Origin: Tubulanus polymorphus
Lineage: Eukaryota > Animalia > Nemertea
Length of the DNA stretch: 64,000 bases
Direction: 5' to 3'
Assembly (NCBI RefSeq): GCF_964204645.1
Contig: NC_134031.1
Span: 16,975,807 to 17,039,806 of the forward strand
The notes beneath the pieces were generated by a model. That model was not told where the DNA came from and searched no databases. It worked only from the letters and a program-made list of their open reading frames with translations. A program made the translations under genes and the position numbers. Each line of letters opens with the position of its first letter. The first letter of the stretch is position 1. This document shows, piece by piece, positions 1-12,592 of this stretch.

Positions 1-946
1 CAAGAATAAGAAGATTTCGTAGGACTTCACGATCTCATTTTCCATAACTTTTCCATATAATATCCAGAAACGTTTTCTCCATGCCCTAATTTACACAGCA
101 CCAACCTAGAACAAGCAATGTAAGCCCATTCAAAGTAAAATATGTGCCGATTGTCAGTCCCATCAACAAAGTGTTTCCATAAAAGTGTTTCACAAAGTGT
201 TTTGTTATCAGATATGTTCGTAGTAAGACATCTAGGTGTAATAGCCTAAAATTCGAAAAAAGAAGGACATTTTATTTCAGGATCATTTTCTTGCTTTCCG
301 TACCTTTACCATTTGAGGAATTATAACAACATTTCCATTGATTTTCCAGGGCCTGGGAAAAAGCAGTTTTACCCATTTTCCAAAACCTTCCAAATCCCAT
401 AAGAACATATAAGGTATATGAATGAATCAGCATCTTTTTCTAGACGAAGAAGACTAACTGGTATAAATTTCATCTATTACAGCAGATGAAAGGATCAAAT
501 CGCGAGAGACACGCTATTTTCAACGAATCGACTCAATTGGTCGTCGCCACGCGAAGAAACGCGTCTAATTTTCGAAAAAATTTTTTCTCCCCTATTTCGA
601 AGCGATATTTCAACGAATTGCTGTCGCTGTCAGACGACGCTTTAACTGCGTATTGAAATGATCTATCGGTTTGATTACGAGACGATTTGATCGCTCCGTA
701 GGGTACGCGACTAGGAAATTCCCCGCGCAAAAATGCACTCCGCGCGCTATACGGCTTGAATACTAAATAAAGCAATCAGTACGGCGTTTGTCTCGAGCGG
801 GCACCAGTGAGTACTCCGCCAGTTCTAGTTCGTATACAATATCGAAATCAATGTCTGTAGTCATATCTCATATGATGAACTGATAGTCCTCGGGAGAATC
901 TGTTCTCATCTACCCGTTACTGTATTTATAAAGGAAAGGACATCGT

Positions 947-1202
947 AGCCGCGATTGCATGGAGATGATTTGGCCAGGGCCGAATTGGCACGGAGATCAG
1001 TCCTGAGACAAACTTGGCCCGTAAGAGTCAAACTTGGCCCGTTCACACATAAACTACTCGATGCTAAACAACGCAAGTCATTTCCGGAACCGTGCTAGAA
1101 TTTGGCTTGAGCCTGGCCGGGCTAGGGTCCATTTGGCCCCTGTGCGAATAGTTGTTTCGGGCCTGATTTGGCACAGGAAAAATTGCTCCTGCAATCGCGG
1201 CT
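947..1202. mobile_element. MITE family A, complete copy
   Basis: Terminal inverted repeats AGCCGCGATTGCA...TGCAATCGCGGCT with internal TTTGGC(C)-rich subrepeats. Related copies at 1549-1836, 9360-9628 and about 10653-10950. Confidence 0.75.
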
Positions 1203-1548
1203 CATATCTCTCATGAGCTCGATGCTGATTACAATTTCTTAAGAAATCGTCATTTAGCTCTATCTAGATGTTGCCGCTGCTACGCACGACGGTCTGTCTT
1301 AGATGTCGTAGCTACCGTTTTACGGCATCTGGCTAATTTTCTGTTTTCCTTTCCACGTATCAGGCAATCCTACGAACGTCTTGAATAATTGAAACGATGT
1401 TCAAAACTCGGAAGAAAGTTACGCAGACAACTTGACATTTTCAGCTCACGAGTGGACGAAATTGTTATATTGTTACGACGATTACATGAAATATTTCCAC
1501 TCCATCCCCGATGACATATAACCGTCATTACACATTTAAGCATTTTTA

Positions 1549-1836
1549 GCCCGTACCAAATTTGGCCCGGCAAAACTGTTCACACGGGTGCCAAATGGGC
1601 CCAAGCCTGTGTGGCTACAACGTCGGACCAGACCCGAGCCGAATTTTAGCTTGGGACAAATGATTGCGTTTAAAAAACTACAACTGGTACCAACGTTGTT
1701 TAATAAAAGCATTGTTAAGTATCGAGTGAGCGATTTACGTGTGAGCGCGCTCTCTAATTAAGCACAGGCCAAATATGATCAAGCCTGATCCGCGCCAATT
1801 TGGCCCGGGCCAAATCATCCCCACGTAATCGCGGCT
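1549..1836. mobile_element. MITE family A, inverted partial copy
   Basis: Ends GGCCAAATCATCCCCACGTAATCGCGGCT, a near reverse complement of the 947 terminus. Confidence 0.7.
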
Positions 1837-2120
1837 ATAAACAGTAACAACATAACGGCCTCAGTTTAATAGGAAATAAATCGGGATTCGGTATTTTTCG
1901 AAGACGCGCGATTAATGGCATTCGTTCCGAACGAGCTCGTCGAAAACATTCGCCGACTTTAATAACGGCGCAACATCGTTCTCTACGATAACATAAATCT
2001 CATCCAGTACGTCGTCAATGATTACCACGACGTTCATCCCCGACGACGCAACACGAAAACATTCGTCACCCGCAAAACAAGCGTTTCATCGCAGCGAATA
2101 TTCGTCAAACATTTAGGCGC

Positions 2121-2142
2121 CTCTCTCTCTCTCTCTCTCTCT
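2121..2142. repeat. (CT)n microsatellite
   Basis: Seen directly. Others are (GCT)n at about 9029-9048, (TTAGA)n at about 23204-23223 and (TA)n at about 26658-26677. Confidence 0.9.
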
Positions 2143-4264
2143 TGCAGTTCTAACAGAGATAAATCTCGTGATAAATCGACGTAGTTGTTGAGCGGTAGAG
2201 GAGCGCCGAGCTCTACGTCGAATCGGTAATTTCGAAGCGCGGCGGTCGTGTTCGAATATTGCGTAACAGCATCTGCAGAGTCATTTTTCACTTTATTACC
2301 GACGAATAAATGAAACGTTTGCGCTTTTGTTTGCGTCCGTGAAACTCGATAAAAACCACCGCGCTAACTCGTTTTCCCTTGATGGATTCATGTAAGGAAA
2401 CATGGAAACGTAGTATAACGGATCAAACATGTTTGATATCGCAAAAGCCATGTTTCTCATTTATCATTTCTCGTTAGTGCAAACGGCATAGGGAAATGCG
2501 CAGAAACATGTTTCTGTTTCCTGTTTCCTTGCTTCCCTGCACTGGGCTTCAAAAACAACATGCAACGACAGTGTTAAATCATGGACTCTAAAACGAAAGT
2601 CCACGGTTAAATGCACTATTAAAAAGAAACACTTTGGCATGGCGCCTCTGGTAATTTCCACGCGGTTGCGTATGTTAGAGGTGCAACAGCATTGATGCTA
2701 GCTAGACGGAGAGAGTAATCGGATTTGACAAGCCACTAATTAACTTATAAGACATTTACGGTTTATTACACGTAACACGCTCGCAAGCGGTAATAGTCCC
2801 TCATGTTCAGCCATGTCACGACAAGACGTACTTATTCCGTGTTTAACATCATTCACCGGTTAAATCAGGCTACGAACCAGACGGCTTCGAGCGGTTTGTA
2901 ATGTCGATCGAAGCTTTATCTGTATAAACACAGGACGCAAAGCGTGGCCTTGTTTTCTTAAAGAAAGCAGGATTAGTTTTAAGGGTGACCACAGGGACAC
3001 CTGTCTTCCCATCGCAGTCGCACTTTTCGTCATGACAGAGATCGTTAAACCTGCAAAATTTGATGTTCATCCTTTTGGAAATTGTCTCTCAGAAATTGGA
3101 CGGATTTCTTCAAGAATATCTTAGAATATCTATCCCTGGCGGGACCTCACTACGGCCTTTGACATGGCTGCTTCACCCTAGTAATGCCTTATCTTTATTA
3201 TGGATCCTGGCCTCCAGACTTCCTAGATCTGCTCCTGGAAAGGTCACTCAAAGACTCAGGTCGCGTAAGATCTGACCCGATCGGATCAGATCTTTCAGCG
3301 CGACTGAGTTTTGCTTCAGTTATCTAACCTTACCAGGAAAGTGACCTCATATAGTTCAAGGTGAATATATTACTCATACCTGCTTAGCATTTTTAATTAG
3401 CGTAGGTATCCGCCACTAATTACGGCTTCATTATCTAAATTCGGCTTCATTATCTAAATTCGTGGGAAGTATGTTGATATACACGTCAGAAGCAGGAAGC
3501 AGTAAACACTGCCCTTGAAACAGCTCGCTTAGCCTTGAAGAACGTACCCGCGTTAACAACCTATACACGAGCTGAAAGTGTCCTAAGAGAGCTAGAAACT
3601 ACAATCAACATTTACTTACGATACTGAGAACCTCTGCACGCATCTCTAATAGCTGAATAAAATAGCTAAATGTCAAGAGAGCTCTCGAAGTTTTATATCT
3701 CGCAATTCGTTCGTCAGTTGCCTATCATAACTGGCTGCCACGGAAAGTTCGCCGCGAAAAAAAACCTCAATCGATTTTTAACGCTTACCGATAACGGAAC
3801 ATCGTCCATCAATATAGCGACTATTTATCCTGACAGAAAATAACGACCAACATCCCAAAGAGATGGTGTTTGTCTAGTTGCCATTCGTGCGCTTATGTAT
3901 ATATTTGTTCGCGCCGAGATAAATGTGGCCATTCGGCAGCAAAAATGCTTTTAACCAGCAATTCATTAATGCTGAATCGACTGATGCCATGAATTTTATG
4001 GGTTCGACGATCGACTTCGAAGAAAATAAAGGAAGAATGATTGATACGTGTAACAATTCCAATTGCCATTTGTCGTTTTCAAGGGGTAGAGTTCGTGTAA
4101 TGACTTCAAATAAGACCACGCTATTTTGGTTGAAAAAGAAAAACGATACGCATTAAGGCTCATTTTCAGAAGTAAATCTTGGCAGTGTTTCAGATCTCAG
4201 ATGCTAATGTGCGTAATATAGGTATTGTGCTGAAACTAATAGTTAAACTAGCTGATAACCCTTT

Positions 4265-4460
4265 TAGTGCATCAACACATCAATACATGCGGTGTATAAA
4301 TTGATGATGACTTTGCTAGTACACCGCATCGTGGTGTATTGATGTAAATAGTAATTATTTTCAATTAATTTCAATCTCTATTACAAGATGGCCGCATCTG
4401 TCAAACATAATGAAATATTAGTAACTAAATGATACACCGCACCACAGTGTAGATGCACTA
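4265..4460. mobile_element. MITE family B (ACACCGCA subrepeats)
   Basis: TIR TAGTGCATCAACAC / GTGTAGATGCACTA with 1 mismatch. A second copy lies at about 12384-12592. Confidence 0.7.
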
Positions 4461-6872
4461 TAGTGGTATGTTTGTTATTCAACAGACTAGGGTGGAATCT
4501 TTTAAAAACTTAAGACTTTCCTCAAATCCAACATACAGAAAGTGTACTAAAATCAGTACATTTAACCACCCCCAGAAGCGCTCGCCACACTGATACTGGA
4601 AAAGCTCTTGCTGATAAATTACTATGTGATCAATGCCTATGTTCACGGTCTAGCACTTGACACCTTAAACCCTGCAGCGGCGGATGTGGCTGTGTTGGTA
4701 GATTAAGTGACAGCGGAGACTTTTTTAGGACGAGAACGTGTGATTTTATCTCGAACAACCGGCATGTCCGAGTCTCGTGGTAATAACAACATCGAAGCGT
4801 CTAAGCAGATCATGTACAAATGAGCCTTTTAGTCAACACGAGTGCAATCGTTTTTGTCTGCGTGTCCGTCCGTCATCGACGAAACTCACATGTACGACGT
4901 CTCTATATCGAAGAAAAATATTGCTAAGACAAGAGATGATTAGCTGGTGCAACCTTTAAGACAAAGGACATTAGCTCGACCAGAACCATGAGCTTATTAA
5001 AACCAGGGTTACGAGTATCCTTCAGGCATGTTTCGGTAGATCTCGACCCCAGTCGGGATAACTGTTACCTCTTAGCTGATAGACGAGCAGCACTTGTGCA
5101 CTGAAAAATGAGATAAGAGTGATCTACCAGCTAAAAACAACTTAGATCTAACCAGTTGAACATATTCTACTTAAACCCGCGAGGGTACTGTCAACACCGG
5201 TAACTAGACCATCAGCTATACTGCGCTTCACGAATTGGGTTTGCATTTCCAGCCGAAGGAGAGTCAAGTTCTTTATCCACTTCCGCATAATGCGATGAAA
5301 TGGCCAGACATCGTTATTATGGTCTAGCAGGCAGAGAGGGAAGTTGTCTATGGATTCATTCCGAGAAGCAATAGAAGGAGTGATGCAATTTTTCTTTATC
5401 GGAGAAAATCGCTGACAATATCTAGAATTGGGAGAATTTCTCACATATTACCGGCTGCTAGTAAACAACAGGTTTACAGGATACAGGAAACAGAAACATG
5501 TTTCCGAGTGTTGCTCGGCGTCGTTTACGTCTACGAGAACCGAGAAACATTGTTTTAGGAAACAATTATGTATCCGAGATGAAATATGTTTGATTCAGCG
5601 TTTCCTTGCCTTGTATGCGCCGGGCACTACACAAAACAGTTGTACTACCGCGTGGTGTGAAATGTACAAGCATTAAGTTTACTATTCCTGATACCTTTTC
5701 ACACCATTCCGCGGAATGTATACACCATATACAATACCTTCATTAGAAAATATAACAGCGAACCCATGATATAATGGTACGGACCGATGCTTCGTCACAT
5801 TCATTGATGCGATGAATTGTATTCCAGTCACTTGCTGCGGACACGAGACCCATCAACTGAGTAAATAGATTACTGACCAATCTCTCCGGTCTATCTCCAT
5901 CTCAGACGGATTCGTAATACATCGGCACCTGCGATAGCTAAACCTCGCGCCGGCAAGTACCTAATGCAACGGCGTTCACCCATTTTTTTCATCGATAATT
6001 TTTTCCGTAATCAAGTTATTCGCCCGTAAATAGAGAATGAGTTGCTTGCCTCGAGGGGGGGGAGAATATGCAACACTTGCGTTGCGCGCTGTAGTGGCGG
6101 TAATGATGTCATACGAAGCCAACAATAGCAGAAAACACGAGCGCGAAAAGAAGATTATTCCGAGAATTGTTTAGTTTAAGAACGTAAGCAAAACAGCGAC
6201 GGAAACGTTCGGTTTTTTTTTGTAAAGGGCAACTAAACTACTCGTGCTATACAGTCTATAAGGGTACTAAGGTAACCCTCGGGTAGAATCGTTAGCCAAC
6301 AGCGTAATGTATGGAATTTGTGAGAAACTGTGACAAATTTCTCATAAATTCGATAAAACTATCCCTGCAGGGTTAAGTGAGTAGGTAGTCTACATTACCC
6401 TCCCACATGCTTCAGAACTCTGGGCAATTGATCTCGACTACTTCCAATCTGTGATTGAAGAATTAAGGCGACCCGGTAGCTCTGAATAGTACATTCCTAT
6501 GTTTCATAAACATAATCAACTTTAAATAAATAAACTAAAAGCCAGAAAATCAAACGTTAAGTTCGTCGCCGTGACAAAACACGCCTATCAACTAAAAACT
6601 AAAAAAGCTGCAGAAGTGCGTTATTCATAATTGCCAACAGAGGGCGATATAAACATGCATCGAATAAGAATTGAACGTGTCATCATGCTGCCCTACCAAA
6701 GCTGAAGTGATGTGGCGTAGATCTGACTTGAGGACATTCTCATGACCATAGAACTGTGAATAAAAATAATGATCTTCATATATACATCAAATACATAGAA
6801 AAATAAGTGATCTGTCTAACTGAATATGAATCAAACAAGAAATGAACCAAATAGCGCTATAAAATCTGGACC

Positions 6873-7270
6873 CAGGTTTGCCACAAATTAGATTGCCGGT
6901 TGTACAAAGAGGCAAATTTCACGGAAAAACTTTAAATGGAAAAACCTGCGCTAAATAAATGAGGTTTTTGATTGGCTAATAATGACATCATCTAAGCTGT
7001 GCATGTGCCTGCACACTCGGGCTTAGTATGGCAGGGTTTTGAACCTGATGGCATTGAGACTCGCCATGGTACAAAACCCTGCTACACTACACCAGGTGCA
7101 CAGGTACATGCGCAGGTTTGACTCGCAAAAACTTGCCGCACCAATCAGATTGCTCGTTGTATAGTTGCTGAGGCAAATCTCACGGATATAAAGGGAAAAA
7201 CTGGATATAAATAGAAAAAAACAGGATATCTGATTGGCTAACAATGACATCATCTAAGCTGCGCACTGGG
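6873..7270. repeat. Two diverged tandem units (offset about 262 nt) of an interspersed repeat
   Basis: GAGGCAAAT.TCACGGA and GATTGGCTAA.AATGACATCATCTAAGCTG each occur twice (about 6970 and 7232 for the second motif). A third copy lies at about 13372-13500. Confidence 0.7.
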
Positions 7271-8177
7271 GCAGGATTTCATACCGTGTCGAGTTTCGAT
7301 GCCAACAATTTCAAAACAGGGGGAGGATCATTTTCAACTAAACTTTTTTCTATAAGCTCGATATTTACAACTGAACCGTATTTCCTAACTCAAATTCTAA
7401 CTGTTAACCGCGTAACCGTCTCCATCAAATGACAACGTCGAAGAACGAGAAAAGTATCTCAGGTATATCGCACACAGGAAGAGGTGTATAATCTCCAGCT
7501 TACTCAAAGCAAAAAAAAAAAACCAGAGTTATTGTGTGGCTTAAAAGAAAGTTTATGCAGGTAAGAAGCTTTAGATGCAGACACTGCGAACGCTTACAAC
7601 AACTTATAATAACATCATCTGATGATACAAGAGCTACGGTGATTCCCTACCCCTCCCCCCCCCCCCCGACGAAAAACCCGATGCCTCTGCGGGCTCGAAA
7701 TATAAGTCGATAAATTTGTTGGGAACAATCGAACTCCGCGTTTGTGAAACATTAATCTCAACTCGATCAACGCTTTAACGAGCGAGAGCCGGGCGTTCGT
7801 TCGCGCCAGAGTCGGTTCGCGCGAATCGGTCGGAAAGCTTTGATCCATCTATCAACGCAGTGTTCGTATATCCGCTGGGAAATCAAAGCGGCCCCCCGGT
7901 TGCCGTCGGTGATGACGACGAGACGCGTGTATTCAAATTTCAATTGTTGAAATTGAAGTTCGAAACGGAATCGAACGAACTCATAAACCGAGACAGCTGG
8001 CAATCGACGGCTACCGGACGGAGACCCTCGACATGGCGACTAACTACGATATGGATTCTACCAGTTACGCATAACCGGATATGGTCTATCATTATAGGAC
8101 CACTTTTAATCCAACAACTCAGAACATTTTCACCTTCTCAACGCGAATTCTCGGATATAGCATCCATTATTGCTAGT

Positions 8178-8480
8178 TAGTTAGTCCATTCTAACTTGGT
8201 CAGTACCTTCAACGGACCAAATCAATGCAGCGCGCTCACACATGTTTTTAATCAGATGTCATGACTTCGTCCGGCTTGATGCAACAATGCGATAGCTGGG
8301 CATGCAAAGCCTCTACTCACACACAGAGAAATAGTCAGTTACAAAATTCATTCCATGTTAGAATGAATCAATTAAGACCGACAAAAAAGGCCGGTCTAGA
8401 TCCGTTCCACCGGTCATTTTTGTCGGTCTAAATTGGTCCGTCCCAAAATGGGGCATTCTAAATAACAAAGCGTGAATGTG
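8178..8480. repeat. Interspersed AGTCCATTCT/AGAATGGAC repeat family (MITE-like)
   Basis: Clusters of this motif in both orientations recur at about 12255-12330, 12720-12790, 14470-14595 and 15905-16010. Boundaries approximate. Confidence 0.5.
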
Positions 8481-9359
8481 GCACGTGATAAATGGGATCA
8501 GTTCTTATTCAAATGAAAAAAATCTTTCCACAAATACAAAGACGAATGAGACGACGAGAAAAAAGTCGTTATCTAAGTATCGTTCGGCAAACAGTTTTCC
8601 ATTCTCAACGTTGAACATTCAGCATCATTCATAATTCATTTGCATTTTACACCGAACTCCTCTTATCAGATGCTTCATTATAGCTTATATCCAATACGCA
8701 ATTATAGCGTATGTATTCAGTTCGGCAGACGCCATTCGGACGTTTATATAATAAAAACTGACAAGCCGAAAATGGATGACAACGGACTTCATCTATCCGC
8801 GTCCCGCAGACGTAGCTGTCGAATCGATCATGTTTTTTTTTTTTCGTTTTCGATATCGCTCGGACGCGAATAAATCGGCCGTTTTAAACGATAGCCGCGT
8901 GCGCTACGACGCCGGCTCCATTAACCGCGTCGCGATCGGACGCGAACGATCACGGCGATAGCCGGTCACAATGTAACCAATTAGCGAGGATTGAAGTCGA
9001 TAGATGGACGGATAGATTCAGCCCGGTCGCTGCTGCTGCTGCTGCTGCGTAATAGAAGATAAAGCGTCGTATGCTCAAATCGCTATTATTGCGTAGTATG
9101 GCGAGAATCACACGCGTAAATCAAATGCAACGACCGCCCCATCAAACGCGATTAATCCAGAAATCAACTCAGTCGGATTCTTGTCTATTAATACCTGGTC
9201 ACTTTCGTCAGCGGTCTAAGGCCGCAATCTTACTAGCGTTTAACAGTAAACTGCCACACGATAAATGAATTGAAAGCTAAAATTTTTTTTTTATATTAAA
9301 ATTATTTCGGGTAAAATGACTCGCCAAATAAGCGACTTGCCATACTAAAATGACGTGCC

Positions 9360-9628
9360 ATGAATTTCGCCCATGTCAGATTAGGCCACGCCTGTTTTAT
9401 CCGGGCCAAATTTGCCCTGATCGAAAATATCGGACGAAGACCGAGCCAAATTTTAGCATGGGGCATTTGAATTGCAACTGGTTCCGGAAGTGTCTCACTT
9501 TGTGCTTTGTTTAAGCATTGTCTAGTATCGAGTGAGTGCGCTCTCTTATCAGGCGCCGACCAAATTTGACTCAGTTCTGATCTGGCCCGATTTGACCTGG
9601 GCCTAATCATCTCGGCGCGATCGCGGAT
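9360..9628. mobile_element. MITE family A, diverged copy
   Basis: Shares CCGAGCC.AATTTTAGC, GTATCGAGTGAG and the terminal GGGCC.AATCATC...ATCGCGG with 1549-1836. Confidence 0.65.
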
Positions 9629-10652
9629 TAACGGGAAGTGCCCATCCTCTTTACGTAGAGCGAGACTCGACTTTTTAAGAATACAGATTAGTTCGGATAA
9701 GTCATCGCGATTTTTTAGTCTCAATTTGCGCGTCGTTCGTTAAGTCGCCCACGTCGTCATGATCATCGTCGCGACTTCGTCTTAGAATAATCGCCAGGCT
9801 CGTCACGATGATGTTAATCGGATTAAGTAGAATTCTAGTGAAAACATAATCGCGTGCAGGATAAACATAATCGCGTGCAGGATAAACATGTCGCTATTGT
9901 TGGCTCGATAAACATGTACATATGACGACGACGAAACCACCGGTAAACGTCAATACACGCGCGTGGTGACAGAAGCCGAACGAGTCGACTCATATAAACT
10001 GAAATTTACGAAAATGATCAACTCTCACCTTTTGTTTGCTCGCGTGATAGCAGCCTTGCTTGGCCCGCACAGAAAGCTACTTTTCTCCCTCTTTTTATAA
10101 TTGTGCTTGTTTAAAAATTATGAATTTTAATGTTAGTTTTTCTCTCTTAATCTCTGTACATAGCCGGTCATGTTTTCCGTGAATTAGATTTGAACTTGAA
10201 CGTGAGTGTCTACTTTGCGTCTTCGGACCACGGACCGCCACAGACCACCGCGGGGAAACGCCGTCGACAGACGGACTAATGAATATGAATTGATCGCCCC
10301 GATAAACGATCGCTGCAAGATTGCGATTCTTTTCCGCGAGATAATGGCCGAGATTAGTCAGTGGTCAGAAACCCTGTAGACGGGATTGAACGAGGATTTA
10401 TGCCCGTACAGTTTAGCGGATACGTAATTACCCGATGCCAATCAATGTTACGAAGAAAACTATTTTTCGTTCCATGCAATAAAACTTGTCCGTTTTTGTT
10501 CTTGATAAACTGCGGGCGCTGGTCTGAAACTGCCAACGCAAATCGAGGCGAATTCAAATATGTGAAGGGTTATCTGTGAACTAAAACCTTCTGATGGCAT
10601 TTTTTAAAATCAGCCTCGGCTTCATCGCTGACCATTTCAGCCGTGGTTAGAT

Positions 10653-10950
10653 GAATCGCGATCATAAGCCAACAATTTAGCTCCGGTCAACTGGCCATGA
10701 CCCGACTCAAGTTAAACTTTGCCCGTGCCTAATTAAGGAGCAAGTTCACACATTAATCACTTAAAAATTAAACATATTTGATCATAATGATGCTGTGGCA
10801 AGTGAGGTTGAGTCACTTCCAGAACCATGGAATAATTCAACCTCTGTGCTAAAATTTGGCACAGGCCTTGTCCGTATTAGCATGTTGGGCCAAATCTATC
10901 AAACAGGCACAGACCCATTTGGCACCGGTGTGAACCGTTGGCCCGGTTCA
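10653..10950. mobile_element. MITE family A, diverged copy
   Basis: Shares GTTCACACAT, GTGCTA.AATTTGGC and CCATTTGGC with 947-1202, in the same orientation. Ends approximate. Confidence 0.55.
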
Positions 10951-11715
10951 AAACGCTCGTGTCTATAATCTGTAACAACGAGATGCTTACATCAAAGCAT
11001 CCGAGAGAACTTTGGCCTCTTGAAAAATCTAATTTAGGTTCGATAATTAACGTAATAAAGCATCGCCGCCGAGCGGAGTTTCATCATCGGCAACCTGCTC
11101 GTCAATCGGCAAACAAACGACAAACGTTTAATTGGCAACCTTCGTCGTCGTCGTCGTCTCTCGTCAAAGACGAGGCAGGAAAAAGACCGCCGGATAATTA
11201 ATCAAATGAATACCGCGAGACGCAGCGGCAAAACCGGTACCCGTTGTCGTCGATATAAACGAAAAGAGATCAAACGCGCGTCTGCCCGAAAATACGCGGC
11301 GATTTCGCCGGATTTTCAGAAACATTCGGGCGGTTTACTGCCTGATTGATTGCGATCGCGACGACCTCTTGATACGTCATCTCTCGCGTTTTCTCGCTGC
11401 TATCGTCGACGGGCGAACGGAAATTTAATTAACAACAAAGAGAACTGGATTACACATGAGACACGTGTGTGACGTGTTGCATTAGAAACTTGTAGCGTTG
11501 GGAAAAAGTTTTAGAAAAAATGATGGTACACAAAGGTAGAAAACGTTAAAAACAAAGCACGGGTGACTTAATGGTTCTCGGGCTCAGACTCGAACTCCGA
11601 AATGACCGTGCATTTTCGGATATGTTGTATTTAGGGCCAATAGCTGAATTTTGTAAAGACAACTTTTTGAATTTCGACCCCGTCCAGTTATGAGGTCATG
11701 TCGCTGAAAACCAGG

Positions 11716-11836
11716 GCCCGGTTTTATAGACTGGTATTGCCTTTACACTGGGTGATGACTAAATTGAAAATGAATTAGTTAAAAATGAAAAGTTAGCCCC
11801 CGGGTTTAAGTTAATACCAGTCTGTGAATCTGGCCC
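11716..11836. mobile_element. Harbinger/PIF-like hairpin MITE with CAG target duplication
   Basis: cag|GGCCCGGTTTTATAGACTGGTATT...AATACCAGTCTGTGAATCTGGCCC|cag. Confidence 0.75.
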
Positions 11837-12383
11837 CAGCTTTTAGCGCCTAGTTCTGCCGCTAGGTGGCGCACTGGGCCCATTCTTTGCACTGCACATC
11901 TAAACCCCCATACTTACATTGTACTGATACCCAATGTTCATCAGGATCGACCCACTATTACCTAAGCAAAAGAGTTGTAAGACATGACACATAAAGAGAA
12001 CAAGAATCACAGGAGCCCAGGAACCAAAAAAAAAAAAAACGTAATCCCAATTTATGGGTAAAAATCGAAGACTCATTATTCACAAGAGATATTTTTTGCA
12101 AAAGGTAATCGAGTATTCGTCTATATTTACACACCGGCCATTTCAGCTTATCGATCTTTGTGATTAGTAGCTATTAGTGGTAAATGACAGACTATTTTTT
12201 GTAATGATCGCAAGCGACATATGGCATCTCCCATAAGCCGCTTTCAAGCTGTCGCTAGTTAGTCCGGTCTCATTTTGGTCGTGCAGCTAGAATGGACCAA
12301 TCCAGAACAGACCAAATCCATGCTGTCCACTCGCTAAGTTATCACTAGTCCTCTGCAACATAAAGCTGATCCAAAGGCCTTTC

Positions 12384-12592
12384 AGGGTGTCTACACCGCA
12401 GTGCGATGTATAAGTCGGTGATGGACTTTCCTACTACACTGCATTACAGTGTATAGAGTGTATAGTAATTAGTTATACTATTAATAGTAATTAGTAATCA
12501 GTTTTCATCTCTAATAAAAGATAGCAGCACCCTTTCAAATAGTAAATCATTAGTAACTAACAAGACACCGCACTGCGGTGTAGATGCAATAT
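12384..12592. mobile_element. MITE family B, second copy
   Basis: Colinear with 4265-4460 (TAGTAATTA, TTAGTAACTAA, ACACCGCAC..GTGTAGATGCA). Confidence 0.65.

Noticed and set aside
3001-3050. Possible minus-strand exon (ttttgcag|...ACAG|gtgtcc)
   Set aside because: Weak donor, length of 50 nt is not frame-preserving, and no similarity to NOS1AP.
10040-10202. Possible LINE 3' tail; similar tail-like pieces at about 20300-20395, 23200-23270 and 42100-42186
   Set aside because: 20345-20390 and 42139-42186 clearly share sequence, but the pieces are too short to classify without a repeat library.
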